A stretch of 63,921 nucleotides of DNA, filler included, from Reticulomyxa filosa (GCA_000512085.1; 16 parts of 16 records of this genome joined end to end with filler, not necessarily neighbours in it); one strand, 5' to 3'; numbered from the whole stretch's first letter, positions 38,009-51,226 are shown. Notes: generated by a model not told the origin, from the sequence alone. Numbers and translations: made by a program.

Positions 38009-39680
38009 ATGCCTTCACTCCCTGTTAATCCTTCAAGAGAAAATATGGAAAAGCATTTTGAAGATCCAGAAGAGTGCAATTGCAACTTTCACTTCTTCTT
38101 GAGAAAAGAGAAAGAATCCACCAATTTGTCATGGAAAGGGTCATGGTTGAATTTTGGAGGATTTTTGGGGTTAGTGATTATTCTTTCCTTGTTGGTGATG
38201 GGTCTCTTAGTTGCAGCATTGGACGTGATATCAATTCAGTCAAAGCGTTTGTACGAATATGCAAAATTGATATATTTAGAATATACGTGTATCAACATAC
38301 TTAATGGTTTGTATTGCTACGTATTGCTTGAATGTATGCTGATTGACATACCACCGTGTCAATCTTGGCGATCCAAATTGAGACACTCGTTTTTACCACT
38401 ATCAACTATCATTGCATCAGTTATTAGTACAATATTGACATTTGTGTTTTGGTATTTTCGAAATGATTTACCCACCGTTCCATTGCTTGCCAAATGTATA
38501 AATTGTGGATACACTCCATTTCACTTATTTTATTTAAATGTGTTTGGTTTAATGGCCCCATGCGTGATTGTCCTTTGCTTATATCAATGTTGGAGCTGTA
38601 TTCCAAGACGTTTTGACTATGAACTGCAAGAATTGCAAGAATTGCGAATAAGTATTTCCAACCCACGTTCTTCAGTATTACGAGAAAACGGAGTCACTCC
38701 TCTTCATTCAGCTCCAAAATTTTGTTTAGTGCTTTGTGCGTTAGTTTGGGTGGTTATATTTAGTCTGATGTGTTCATTCCTTTGGGAATGTGTTATAAAC
38801 TCCTTCTTTTTTATGTCTAAATTAACCGGTATTTATGTAAGCAGTATCGAGCAGATTTACATAATCTTGCTGGTGACTCTAACTATTTTGAAATGGACTC
38901 TTAAAAAAATTTCGAGAAAGATAGACACCATCCGGTTGCAATACCCCAGTGTTGCAACCGAGACTATCTCCTTTGAACTTATTAGTGAGTTTATTATATC
39001 AATTGTTTATTGGGACTCTTACCGGTACTTATTTACTTTTGAAAATTTCCATTGGACTAAATTTTTTAGCACCAAATTGATACATGTGATATCTGAATTA
39101 TTTGAGGCGGGGTTAGTTTTATCCAAAAAAAAAAAAAAAAACAGATACACTCTGTTTTGTTGACTTTATTTGCGGATTTTTGATACACTGACGTATATCA
39201 AAGGTTGCGATCAAGTGATACATATCTTAACACTACAAAAAAATGGCAAGACAACAAATGTTCGAAAAAATGTCTTATTCCATTGGGCATTATCCAAGAT
39301 CTACCGACAAATAATAAAGAGTGGAAGTTGCGTTATTGTGTAGGCATCTCCTTGCGCTTTATGGCTTCTTGGCTGAGTGGAGTGGGATTGCCATTTTGAA
39401 AGTCCACCATGCGTACTTTGAAGATGTACTAAACATTGACGCAGACGCGACCTTTTTGTTTCTGGTTGCTAGTATGCTCGTCGACGCTTTTATTTTTTTT
39501 GGTATTTATTTTTTGTATCGGTGTTTCTACTCCATCGATCCGACTCGGTCAGTGTGCGTTCTCTTTATTTCGCCAACTCAAAAAACATTTCAACGGCAAT
39601 TCCTGTGGACTCTCGTGTTTATGTATGCTGGCTATGAACAATACTGGTTTTATCCTGATAACTTCACAAGTGTGAAATAG
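38009..39680 (+). CDS. Uncharacterised multi-pass membrane protein
   Basis: A 384-aa ORF with many hydrophobic helices, an intron at about 39113-39203, then two ORFs joined by a frame change near the GGG at about 39383-39386. Confidence 0.7.
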
Positions 39681-41208
39681 CTTTTGAGTTGTTTTGTTTT
39701 TCTCCTCTTGCGTTTGTGTATGCGTTTATTTTTGCTTTGTGATTTGAAAGGAAAGTTATTTTTTTTAATATTTCAAATATACAAACAAAAAGTGACTCCG
39801 CTCTCTTTACTTTTCAAATTTGCAACATACGACTAGCAATGATTGTAAATATAATAATAATTGTACGCAAGTTGGAAGTAAATTTAAATGTAAGAGATAT
39901 TTTTCTTTTTAAAAAAAAAAACAAAGAAAAAAAATATCTGTTGCATGCGATCTTTTAAGCTTTTTGTTTTTTCTTTTGAAAATATACGTTAAGTTGGATA
40001 TAATACATTGACTTAGTTTTTTGATATCAAACATTCTGAAACATTTACTCGTATTATTTTTTTTAAACGTTTGTAGCTCAGAAGGGGTTGAGTCTCATAA
40101 AGCTACAAAATCGTTTTGGTTTCTTTGAAACAAAATTGTTAGGTATCTCCCGTGCACTGGTACAGTCAATCGTGCATTTGAAGTAATATTATACAAAGGG
40201 CTGATAATAGATAAAAATAAAAACGCTACTTGTTAACACCTTTTTTTGTGACCAACACAAATAAAAGCTTATTTTAATGCTGTTTGAGTAAAGATACACG
40301 TTTTATAACAAAAATAGCGCATAGAACGCACTGCTTATTTATTCTTTATCTGTGATTACTTTTGACAGCTTGAAGCACAGTTTTCCTCGTTTTGTAATGT
40401 AGGACAGCGTTTTTGTTATAAAATCTTACGATTGATTTTTTTTGTTAATTGGAGTTTAAAACAAGTCGGGCATAAAAAAAAGAGGAATTCCAAAGAATTA
40501 GTTAATTTTATAGAGAAGCGGCATGTGCGAAACCTGCATTCTATGTAATAACATGGGATTGAAATACCAAAAAATATGGAGCAGTGCACGTTTCTTAGAT
40601 TCTTGACTATAAATGTTGTACAGAAGATTCTGTCACGTCGCTCTTCGACGTTTTAGCGGGAGCAACGAATGAATTTTCTCCCAGGACATCATCCTTTGGT
40701 TATCCTTCCATCCATATCTACGCAAGTTCAAAGTTTGGTAACGATCATTGGGTTTTTGGAAGTAGGATTTTCAGTCTTTTAAAGGGTTTTTTTTTTGTCA
40801 CTACTGGTCGTGCGTCCCTTTGGTTTGAAAATTGAAAAGCGACTGGTGTTGTGCACCGGGTCATTCACCAAAAAAAAAACAACAAAAAGATGTTGGGCGC
40901 GTGTGGATTGAATGTAACACACAGAACTTTCCAGACCACATAGTTTTGTGAGATAAATCACGAATGGCTTTTGGTCACGATGTAGCAGTTCCAGTGCCTG
41001 TGCACTTTGATGGACATAACATTAACATTATTACCGAAGTCGTAAGTTTTTTTTTTGGATAAAAGTTGTATTAAACCTCATTCTGATTATTGTTATTATC
41101 TTTTTTTTTTTTTTTGTGATTGGTTTTTTACGTTCAATAATTTTTATTATCTCAAAACTTTGGCCCCTCCTTCCCCTTTCGTTCATTCAAAAAAAAAAAA
41201 AAAAGAAC

Positions 41209-41739
41209 GGACAGTGCGCAAACCAAAATGAACAAGTGCCAAAGCCAAAAGATCGTCAATCCTTATACAAAACTGAATTGTGTCGTGAGTGGACTCAAAG
41301 CGGTAAACAGAAAAACAAACAAAAAAAGGCTGAATTTAAACCATATATATGTATATGTATATATTTACATACATATGCAACACATTTAAAAAAAAAAAGG
41401 GGATTGCAATGTGTGTGTTGTTTTGGTTCATGCGAAGTGGAGTAGACCCTTCCAAAAAAAAAAAAAAAAACAAAAAAAATTTTTTTGGAAAAAGTTGGTT
41501 CTCCCTTCTTATTTTTTTTTTTAGCCATTGTTATGTGTTTGGATTTAGTTTGAGATCTGAAGATTTTGTATGTGCGTGTGTGTATGTATGTGTGGACACA
41601 AGGCTGGTGCTATTATGGAAAACGCTGCTCGTTTTCTCACGGCCTGCAAGAGCTAAGACCTGTGTTTCGAAGCAAAAAATGGCGCACAAAACGCTGTCGT
41701 AACTGGCACACGCAGGGACGTTGTCCTTATGAACACAGG
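41209..41739 (+). CDS. Tandem CCCH zinc-finger protein (TIS11/ZFP36-like), internal exons
   Basis: YKTELCREWTQSG|WCYYGKRCSFSHGLQELR...KWRTKRCRNWHTQGRCPYEHRC. Upstream exons probably start near 40550-40740. Confidence 0.9.
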
Positions 41740-42247
41740 TGCTTTTTATTCTTTTGTGGTCTTTTTTTATTTTTTATTTTTATTTGTTTGTTTTTTTTTT
41801 AAAAAAGCAAATAAATTTTTTTGGTTCGACTTTGCGAGTAAGTATTCTTTTCTCCCCTTTTTTTTTTTTTTTTTTTGAAAGCATTTGGATTTATTTGTTA
41901 TGTATGTATGCCATAAATTGAAAACGCTTTTTTGTGTGTATGTGTGTGTGTATGCGGTGAAAAAAAAAAAAAAAAANNNNNNNNNNNNNNNNNNNNNNNN
42001 NNNNNNNNNNNNNNNNNNNNTTAATTAATTAANNNNNNNNNNNNNNNNNNNNNNNNNNNNNNNNNNNNNNNNNNNNAACAGTTATATACGTTATTGTGTT
42101 TCTCTTTTTTTTTTTCAAAAAAAAAAAAACAACGTGTAATAACGTATATTATTTTTTTTTTTGAGGAGGAGGGGGGTGGATTAAAATTTCATTCCCCCCC
42201 CTTTGCTTTTTTTTTATTCCTCAGCTAATAACACATACATATACACA

Positions 42248-42653
42248 CCATCGCTTTCCGCATTTGATCTTCTTTCTTGACAGTCTGCAAGTGAGATAAA
42301 CTCTTTTCGCTTAGATAGCTCGGGCTGGTTGTCTGGTTTAGTCTCGTGAATCCCTTGCATGTTGTTGGAACTGACGCTACTCGGTGATCCAAAGATAATT
42401 GTGCCAGTGCTGGGTCCAATCCCATCATTGCAAACTCATCTTCAAATTCTTGAGCTTGTATGCTTGCTCGTCTGCCTTCTTTTGGTTCTGACTTTGGGGT
42501 TATACCTCCTCTGTTTGCATAGTTCACCCTTTTTTTCTCTTCTTTGCTTCAAAGCAAAAAAAAAGTGAATATATATATATGCACAATCATTATAAACCAA
42601 ACAAATTACAATGGACTGTTCATCTTCTTAGGAAGTACTTTCTCATTGCTCAT
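42248..42653 (-). CDS. Hypothetical protein, first exons (3' partial)
   Basis: MSNEKVLPKKMNSPL spliced in phase to VNYANRGGITPKSEPKEGRRASIQ... Confidence 0.45.
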
Positions 42654-43082
42654 GACCACAATTCCAAAAATTTGGTACCTTTTTAAAAGATTTGGCACGC
42701 CATATTTCACTTTTCTTTTCCCGGACTTTACAAAATGAACTACCTTATGCAAAAATAATGAAAATGGATAGTTAAATGTAACTAATTTTAAAGAACGCAG
42801 TGCGTCGGTTTTAATTCAATTACAACTGAAACAAATGGGAAAAAAAAAGATAGATATTACTGAAGTGTATTGTCGCATGCCAAACATTTGCCTCTAATGA
42901 AGGTAAAAGCGCCAGAAGGGGAGGGGGTGTAGTACTAAGCCCGGAGAAGATTAAGAAATACAATATCAAAAAGATTTGAATCATAAAGTTGGAATAGCAT
43001 AAGAACTCATTGTATGTTTTTTTGATTCGACGTTAGAATTTTTGAAGCTGTTGAGCATTGAAAAGAAAGAATTGTTTGGGAA

Positions 43083-44434
43083 ATGACATCCGTAGAAGCG
43101 AGCGAAGAGGTGGGGAATGTAGAACGACAGCACTAAGTGTGTGTGTGTGGAAAGAGAGCGAAAGCAAGCATAGTGTGTTGTGTGTGTATGTGTGTATGTG
43201 TGTATATGTGTATATGCAGGCGAAGAAGATTGAAGACGAGTTAGCACTAAAAGACGAAGACAAGATAGAAGAGGAGAAGGAAAAAGAGGAAGAGAAAAAA
43301 GGACAAGTGTTGTCGAAAAGCAGAAGCAAGAGTAGGATTGAGAAGAGGAATTCATTGACAACAGATGACATGGATTCGATATTGAGCAAAGGAGACAAAG
43401 TGAGTTTCCGTTACGACGCACTGAACGATGATCCATGGCGAGAAGGGACCTTTTATTCGTTGGACGAAAACAACGCGAACCAGGCATATGTGACGATCGA
43501 TCACAATAATGGGCAATGGGAAATTATTTCCGTCATTAACGACTCGTTGCATTTGAGGAAGAAGTTTGCACGTTTCGAGCCACAACAAACGAGCAAGAAA
43601 GGCAAGGCAGTTACGAGTGAGCAAGAGGACCTCATTGACAGCATTGCCGCGTCACCACCAACATCAGCATCGTCCACGCCCTTGGCACCATTGTCACCTA
43701 CACGAGATGATATTTCAGTAGCATATGACCAAATGCAAATGCAAATGCGTGCACCACGATTGGTATTGGAAAGTTCTGCCACGGAGTTGTCAGCAGGTGC
43801 GGCCAGCGACACCGATATTGAAAAGTCTCCACAAGTATCCGAGTCTGAGGATCATGACTTTTCCTTACCAAAAACAAAAGCCAAGACTATTGCAACGAAT
43901 CCGAACAAGTCCGCAAGTACGAATACAAAAACAAATGCAAATGAAAACAAAAAAAATACAACCAATAAAAGTCGTCGCGCACAAACCTTATCTCCTCAAG
44001 CGAAAAAGCGTCCTGCGCCAGCGACACCCAATCCGCAAGACTTTGCCAAATCCAAAGACAAGAAACATGGATCTTCACAAAATAAGCAAAATCAAAATCA
44101 AAATCAAAAACAAAGTAAACATCTCGGAGATCATTCTTCTGACAAGGGCGCCAATGCCAACAAAAAAACTCAACATCCGTTCAATAGCAAAAGCAGCTCC
44201 ATTGTCGAGGACTACACCGCCAAGTCACCACACTCGCCCAAAGACGAAACACAAGTCACCGACGCCACCGAAGGGCAGCAGGTCAAGCCTCCGCCCCAAC
44301 TCGAGAAAAAAAGGGTTGAAATGTGGAACTGCAAGGAAGTCGCGCGCTGGCTTTATTATATCCAAAATGGAAAATTCAGCTCTTATGTCAAGAAATTTAT
44401 GGCTGCACAGATCAATGGCAAAAAATTGTTAATC
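43083..44434 (+). CDS. SAM-domain protein with a long disordered linker (3' partial)
   Basis: Exon 1 reads MTSVEASEE, then a (TG/TA)n intron. A small beta-barrel-like segment (KGDKVSFRY...WREG) follows. VEMWNCKEVARWL...YVKKFMAAQINGKKLL is the start of a SAM domain. Confidence 0.8.
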
Positions 44435-44595
44435 GAATATATATATATATATACATATATGTATATTCTTTTTTATACATACATTTTTTTTTAAANNNNN
44501 NNNNNNNNNNNNNNNNNNNNNNNNNNNNNNNNNNNNNNNTTAATTAATTAANNNNNNNNNNNNNNNNNNNNNNNNNNNNNNNNNNNNNNNNNNNN

Positions 44596-45163
44596 AAAAA
44601 AAAAAAAAAAAAGTTATGAAACTCAACGTGGCAATGCCAATCTCTAGAACCTTCTCCATTTTGGTTTTTTCCAAACACAATGCTTCGTGGAGTGTTGGTC
44701 TCGCGTGTAGACTCAAAAATTCTCCCATCGCTTACCAACTTCCCCACGCAGTGAAAAACAACTTTCGCGCCTCGCGGAGGGCCCTCGCTAGTAATTCCTG
44801 GTACGAGTGTTTTTTTAAGTATACCTTTTTCGTCTGCTATTGACACCCATTCCGATTTTTTCTTTTTCTTCTTTTTTGGCTCTTCTTGGGTCATTAGAAA
44901 CAATAATCAGTTCACCAGGCGTTTGTCTAGCAGAAATGCAATCTAAAGTTATTCCAGATGATGTCCTCTCCTTTTTAAAAAAACATAGCCGCAAAACAGA
45001 CGTAACGTTTAAGCACTCCAATCAGAGTCAAATATTTCTTTAGTACTGTCGTTGCTTTTGACCACAGCGTTGGGATATTTGTTTTTAAATGACTGCTATT
45101 TTTAAAAGTAGATGCAAGTTGGAGATATGACCGTAATCGATGAGTGTGAATGACCATTAGCAT
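44596..45163 (-). CDS. FKBP-type peptidyl-prolyl isomerase domain protein (3' partial)
   Basis: EKGILKKTLVPG...PPRGAKVVFHCVGKLVSDGRIFESTR matches the N-terminal half of the FKBP domain. The 5' structure is uncertain. Confidence 0.75.
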
Positions 45164-45437
45164 TCTTTAAGTTTCATACAATGACCATCGAGATCTGAAC
45201 AAAAATTGTACAATAAAAATATTTAAAAAAAAAATAAAAAATTGAAAAAGGCAGTGTCATAAAATCAATTTAAACGTAAAAAAAGAATGCACATAAATTA
45301 AAAATTGTAACTATAAATTAAAAAAAAGAAACATTTAGGGTATGAGAACCTAGCTAGTTTGAGACAAAAAAGTGCAAAAGTTTTCTCTTGAGCTATCTAA
45401 AAATGATATCAGTAGAAATGAAATAAAAATTGAAACA

Positions 45438-46766
45438 ATGACTACTCTTGCTAATGAAAAACAAATTTTAATGCTATCATTGGTAAGTTCTATTTCTAAA
45501 AGTCTTTAAGTTTTTACTGTACACTGTATGTGATTGAATCAGTTTGAAGAAAAAGAGATTAAAATAATTATTCAGCATTGGATTCGGATATTGCATGTTA
45601 AATTTGGATGGTTACAAGATTTTGACAAAATTGTTGTAAATTATGTATGTAATTTATTTTTAAATATTAATCAAATGTTTAAATATTATTTGTGTTAATA
45701 ATAGGTGACTATTATTTTTATGTTTGATGTGTTTCATTTATCATCTAAATTACTCAAAACGTTTATTGGACATACTGATGATGTATGTGGTATTGATTAT
45801 TCAGCATTTGATGATAATCAAATGATTTGTTCTGGATCAATTGATAAAACAATTCGTGTATGGGATGTAAATAAAAACAAACAAATTCGATTATTTAATG
45901 AGCATTTATATGCTGTGTATTGTGTAAAATTTTCACAATATCATCAGCATAAGAATAGTAATAATGTAATTTGTTATTCGTCACTTGACACAGCAATTCA
46001 TTTTTGGGATATAAATGATAACAAACAGTTGCAAATATTAAATGGACATACAAATTGGATTAGTTGTATTGAATTCTCAACATTTAATAGCGGTCGATAT
46101 CTATGTTCTGGATCTAATGATGATAGCATTCGTTTATGGGATATTGAAACATTCGAATCATTACACGTTTTCAATGGACATACAAATACTGTTAGATGTG
46201 TTGATTTTTCAAAATTACAAAACAATAACAACAATAAAAGTAATGACATTGGTGTGATTGGTGGTAATGGATATACAATTTGTTCTGGATCATTTGATAA
46301 AACAATCCGTGTATGGGATATTGAAACAGCTAAACAATTTATTATATTCAAAGGTCATGAAGATTCTTTGTACAGCGTAAAATATGGATCAAATAAAAAT
46401 ACAATATTATCCGGATCAATAGATAAAAGTGTTCGTTTGTGGGATATTCGATTTAATCAACAAATTCAAATATTTCATGGACATACAAGAGGTATAACAT
46501 GTGTTGAATATTCACCATTTGTAGTAAATAATATAGAAATTGGTGATAATTCAAATGTGATATGTTCTGGATCTTTTGATAATACAATTCGTTTTTGGGA
46601 TATTCGATCAAATAAGAAAGAATTGTATATAATTAAAGGAAATGAAAAAGAAAATTGTGGAATATTATGTATTAAATTTCTACAAATAAAAAGTAGTTAT
46701 AGTGATTTTGATATTAATATGTGTTATGGTTCAAGCAATGGTTATATTTGTATTTGGGGAAACTGA
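45438..46766 (+). CDS. WD40-repeat protein, complete, 3 exons
   Basis: Exons 45438-45482 (MTTLANEKQILMLSL), 45543-45644 (FEEKEIKIIIQHWIRILHVKFGWLQDFDKIVVNY) and 45705-46766 (about 7 GH...WD repeats). Confidence 0.93.
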
Positions 46767-46946
46767 TTGCATATACTCTGACTGCAATTGTCAGAATAAA
46801 CTNNNNNNNNNNNNNNNNNNNNNNNNNNNNNNNNNNNNNNNNNNNNTTAATTAATTAANNNNNNNNNNNNNNNNNNNNNNNNNNNNNNNNNNNNNNNNNN
46901 NNCTTGTCCCATTTTTTTTTTTTTTAAAAAAAAAAAAAAAAGTCCT

Positions 46947-47621
46947 CACTAATTTCTGTTTTTGTACCTGCAAAGTCGGTGAAAATGGGAGAATTATATT
47001 ACTTCGGTTGGCGATATAGGTGAGATCAAGCCCAAAAGGGTTTTGGACTATTGACGGCGGTGGCGGTACTAACGCGGTGTTATTTAAGTGGTGATAATTG
47101 GTAGCTATGCTATCACCGGCGCCCATGCGCATTGGCATCGGCATTGCTATTGGTATTGGTATTGACATTGACATTGGCATTGACATTGCCATTGGCATTG
47201 GCATTGACATCGACATTGGCATTGACATTGGCATTGAAACAAGTGAAGGTGCAACTGTTTGTGCCTGTATTTGGGCTTGCACTTGTGTTTGTTTTTGTAA
47301 TTGTGATTGTGATTGTGATTGTGATTGTGATTGGAACTGCTCCGGAACAGTTTCTGATGCTGTTGTGGTAGATTCGAGGTGCATTGCTATTGGGGTGCTC
47401 ATGTCCACTTGTGGAGGGGGTGAACTCAGTCTTCTTTTCTTGTGCACTTTCGAAAGCGGTGGGGAAGGGGGGCGATATTTTTGCATAATTGGCTTGACAT
47501 GTGCCGGAGGAGGGCCTGCGGGTAGTGGCGCTTTTGTTGGTAACACCACATGTGCCCATGATTTCTCTGGCTCCTGCTTCCCAAGTCAAACACCATCAGT
47601 TCACAACTTTTGCAATCCCTT

Positions 47622-47658
<37 letters not shown>

Positions 47659-47860
47659 TTTGTGGCTCGCGAAATTCCGCGCTTATTAGCCTACAATGAT
47701 AGGACTTTCCACAAATGCAACTTCTGAACTTGTGCTCTTTCAATTTCCGTGTCCGAATCTCCTATCTCCATGTCAATGTCCGCATTTCCGTTGCTGTCTT
47801 CTTGCTTTTCCGCTGTAGTTGTTTGAACTGCTGCCATATCTTTTTGACCACTTTTTCTGT
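46947..47860 (-). CDS. Pro/Gln/Met-rich low-complexity protein (partial)
   Basis: ORF 46851-47549 has (QS)n and (MPMS)n repeats encoded by hexanucleotide arrays. A probable upstream exon lies at about 47660-47860. Confidence 0.5.
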
Positions 47861-49164
47861 ATGTTTTTTTTGTAGGTACGTTTCAAATACAAGCAAACGT
47901 ATATATATGATTCCTCAAGCGTTAAAAAACAAACAGCTGCTTAAATTCAAACATTTATCATCGGTCACCTGATATTTGCTATCAATTCTAATTGTCTTGA
48001 TGCATCAAACTTTTATTGAACGTCGAATCACACCGGCCAAAGGGCAACCTGTCACGTTAACTGATTTATTTTTTTAACATACACACTATTTCTCAATATC
48101 TAGCATATAAATTACAGACATGTTATGTGATTACAACAAAGTCAATAGAACGCTTTAGTAAGCTTTTTTAGATGTCCTGCATGAAAATTACAATGAAAAT
48201 TTCAGTAATAGATTGTTATCAAACGCACTTGAGTAAAAAATCAATAGTCTTCGGCAAATCACTATCTGTTTGACAATACGCAGGTGTATTTGTTGTTAGG
48301 TAACAATGTGATTTACTTAATTTTCTAAAAACAATTACGTATAGAGAATACATATTTGAAAAATTTAAATTTATATCAAAACAATATCATAAAACATTAT
48401 ACTTGAGATTTAGAGTTGAATTAAACAAATTGAAGTGGACTTGATCTTTTACAATATTTGAATGTTTACAACTAGTACGATTATATTATTTAAAAAATTT
48501 TGTACTTTTTAAAATGAATAGCTTAAGCACAACGTTTCGCAAATTTTATGTCAAAATTTTTTAAAGAAAATCATCAATTTCATCATTAGAAACATTGGCA
48601 TATTTATAAAGTAGCACAATATATTTGACATTTTTCTGCAGTTTTAAATTAAAAATAACATTTTAATGTTATCTACAATTAATACAATGTTATAAATATT
48701 GAAATATAAAATGTAGGGCAAGGCCCTATAAATATCGGAACGTTGAAGGAACCTGGCAGTCCCCAGTGGGCTAAAACTTCCTCAACCAACTACTTCTTAC
48801 TTCCTTGCTTTTCTTACTTTTCTTTTTGTCATTTTGACTTATTACTTAATTCAATTGTTTTACTGAAATTCACTCTCATTCGAGTGAAACCTTTTCGATT
48901 ACATTTAGTGTAGCTCTTCACAGCAGACTTCCCACAAAAATAAGCAACCAAAACATTTTTAACCACAAACCTTGGAGTTAAATATATCACAAACAAAAAA
49001 ACGGCTTTGCAATTGAAATTAAAGAGAGGTACTTGAACAATGTATCTGTGGTTACGTACATATGTTCGTTAACTGTCCAAAGCAAAGAACTGAGATCAAA
49101 TTCATTATAAAAGAAAATTAGTTTAATATATTAAAAGTGATAATAAAAAAAATGTTAAGTTACT

Positions 49165-49668
49165 TGGAATTTAAACAAGAATTTTGCCAAATATTGTAAA
49201 CAGCATATTGAAAAACAAAGTGAACATTGACGTTCTTTGGCAGATGTTTCAATATGACAAAGATTGTACTGTTTGCAAATGTCAAGGACAGTGTCAATAT
49301 ACTTTTTGAATTTGAAAGAGTCAAGCCTCATGTCCGTTTTCGTTCCGATAATAAGAGTTTTAATCTGTCTTTATTGTTCGCGTTGTTCACTTTGCACTCG
49401 TTTAAGGAAATATATAATAGAATCCTTTGGTCGATATGGTCTGTCTACACTTTACACAATTAGCACACATGCACCTTTTCATCCATTGGTCGGCCATTGC
49501 AGAACTTTCTTACTTTCCTGCAGTGTCTAAATACTCAGCTTACAAGAAAGCTTGCCATTTAGCATCATTGATTTTTTGTAACAATCGCCGGATCATTTTC
49601 CACGAAATCGTTTATTATAAATCGAAGTACGATTGGATGTTTTACATGTTCCACCATCAACTTTTTGA
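49165..49668 (-). pseudogene. Ras/Rap-family small GTPase pseudogene
   Basis: Four G-boxes appear in order across frameshifts and stops. G1: GGTCKTS-IVLRFIINDFVENDP (about 49655). G3: YLDTAGK*ESSAMADQWMK (about 49520). G4: IIGTKTD (about 49340). G5: IETSAK-NVNVHFVF (about 49240). Confidence 0.88.
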
Positions 49669-49827
49669 ATTTAAAAAAAAAAAATTAAATAAACTTTTTT
49701 GAAAATTATCTCCAAATATGAATTGGACCTTTAAACATAACACAAATTCATGCAATATATTTGATTTTTTTTATTATCTTTCGCTTTTAATTCAATAAAT
49801 TTAAGACAAATTATACTATTATTTTCT

Positions 49828-50034
49828 TTATAATCTCCTTTGATCACTAATTACACTAATATTATTTATTTGATGATGATTATTACCAATTTGTAATGGT
49901 GAAATACCAATACATCGAACATTATTTTCATGTCCATTTAGACAATATAATGATTTTGATTTTTCAAGATAACATAAACGAATCGAATTATCACCAGATC
50001 CAGAACACAAATATCTACCAATACTACAATACAA
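49828..50034 (-). pseudogene. WD40-family gene fragment
   Basis: GRYLCSGSGDNSIRLCYLEKSKSLYCLNGHENNVRCIGISPLQ corresponds to internal blades of the 45438 family. The WD dipeptide is lost and the flanks are non-coding. Confidence 0.85.
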
Positions 50035-51226
50035 ATTTTAATTGTTAAATATAGCATAGTTGTAGATAATTTGCAACGTTATTTTTATTGTTGTGAGAAA
50101 ATAAAACTCAGGATCCAGGTAAAAGTAATTTGTCGAATCCTTAAAATCAATTATATATTATTTGTACTATTATATAGTGAAGCAAAATTGATGATACATA
50201 AAGTTTAATTAAAAAATGAAAAAAATTTTAAAAAATTAATTATTGTATAATTTTTTGATAAACTAATTTTGTTAAAATTTTTTTAAAAATAATATTGTTA
50301 TTTACGTAATTTGAGTCATTTTTTTATTAAATTTGCTTTATTATTTTTATCATCGATAATAAAAAAATACATTTAATATTAGTATATAGAAAAATAACAT
50401 TATATCCAAAATTAACTTTGACTGACGCTGCAATGTATGACACTATTTTGGCATTCACAAAACTGCTTGAAGCTAGTATGGCAAGATGTAACAAATTAGA
50501 TAATCAGTTTGATAAATTAAGTGCAAATATGTAAATACTTGATGAAAGATACTATTGTATGTTAGAAACTTTTAAATTGATTTATGATATGCATGGATTA
50601 TCTATTATGTTATGTTGTACATGCCTTAAACAGGTATTTGCATAAAAAATATGTTAAAACATGAAAGTGATAGAGAATATTAGAAAGATTTGCTTATATA
50701 TTCATCTTTAAAAGTTATTCATACACTTGGTCCATTAGGTCTTGGACAACATTGCAATTAAAACACTAGATTCCGAATTAATTTATCATACACCAGTTGA
50801 ATCAGCGTCAAAGGGTGTTGTTTCCACTTTATTGCGTTTCTTGATAAAATAGTAATGAGTAGCTACTGTTACATTGTCTTATCCATTAATCAATAAATAA
50901 TTTTAAAAAAGCACTTATTTTAGTTAAATATATTTTTTTTCCATGTGGAAAATTTTATAATATCCACAATGAAATTTCAAAGGTATATCCTAGTTACTCA
51001 ATAATCGAACAAAAACTTTTTCTACTTTACTAACTGTGTTTTAATTCTGTAATCATTGCTTTTGTGTTTGCTACATCCACATTTTATTAATTTTTTTGCA
51101 TAAAAAATAATGATCGACCAAAAAATTACACGCTAAAAGAATATGCCTGTTTTGTTCTTGTATGAAAAATACATATTTTGAAATCCACTAAGAGATATGA
51201 CGCATCGCTATCATTTTTGCAAAGCC

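Noticed and set aside
33066-46766. CUL4, WD40 and HECTD1-like genes as a physical ubiquitin gene cluster
   Set aside because: They lie on different contigs, so adjacency is an artefact of concatenation.
47098-47727. Antisense ORFs with (IGID)n and (CD)n, and poly-Tyr/poly-Leu ORFs at about 13720-13960
   Set aside because: They are reverse-frame readings of coding microsatellites.
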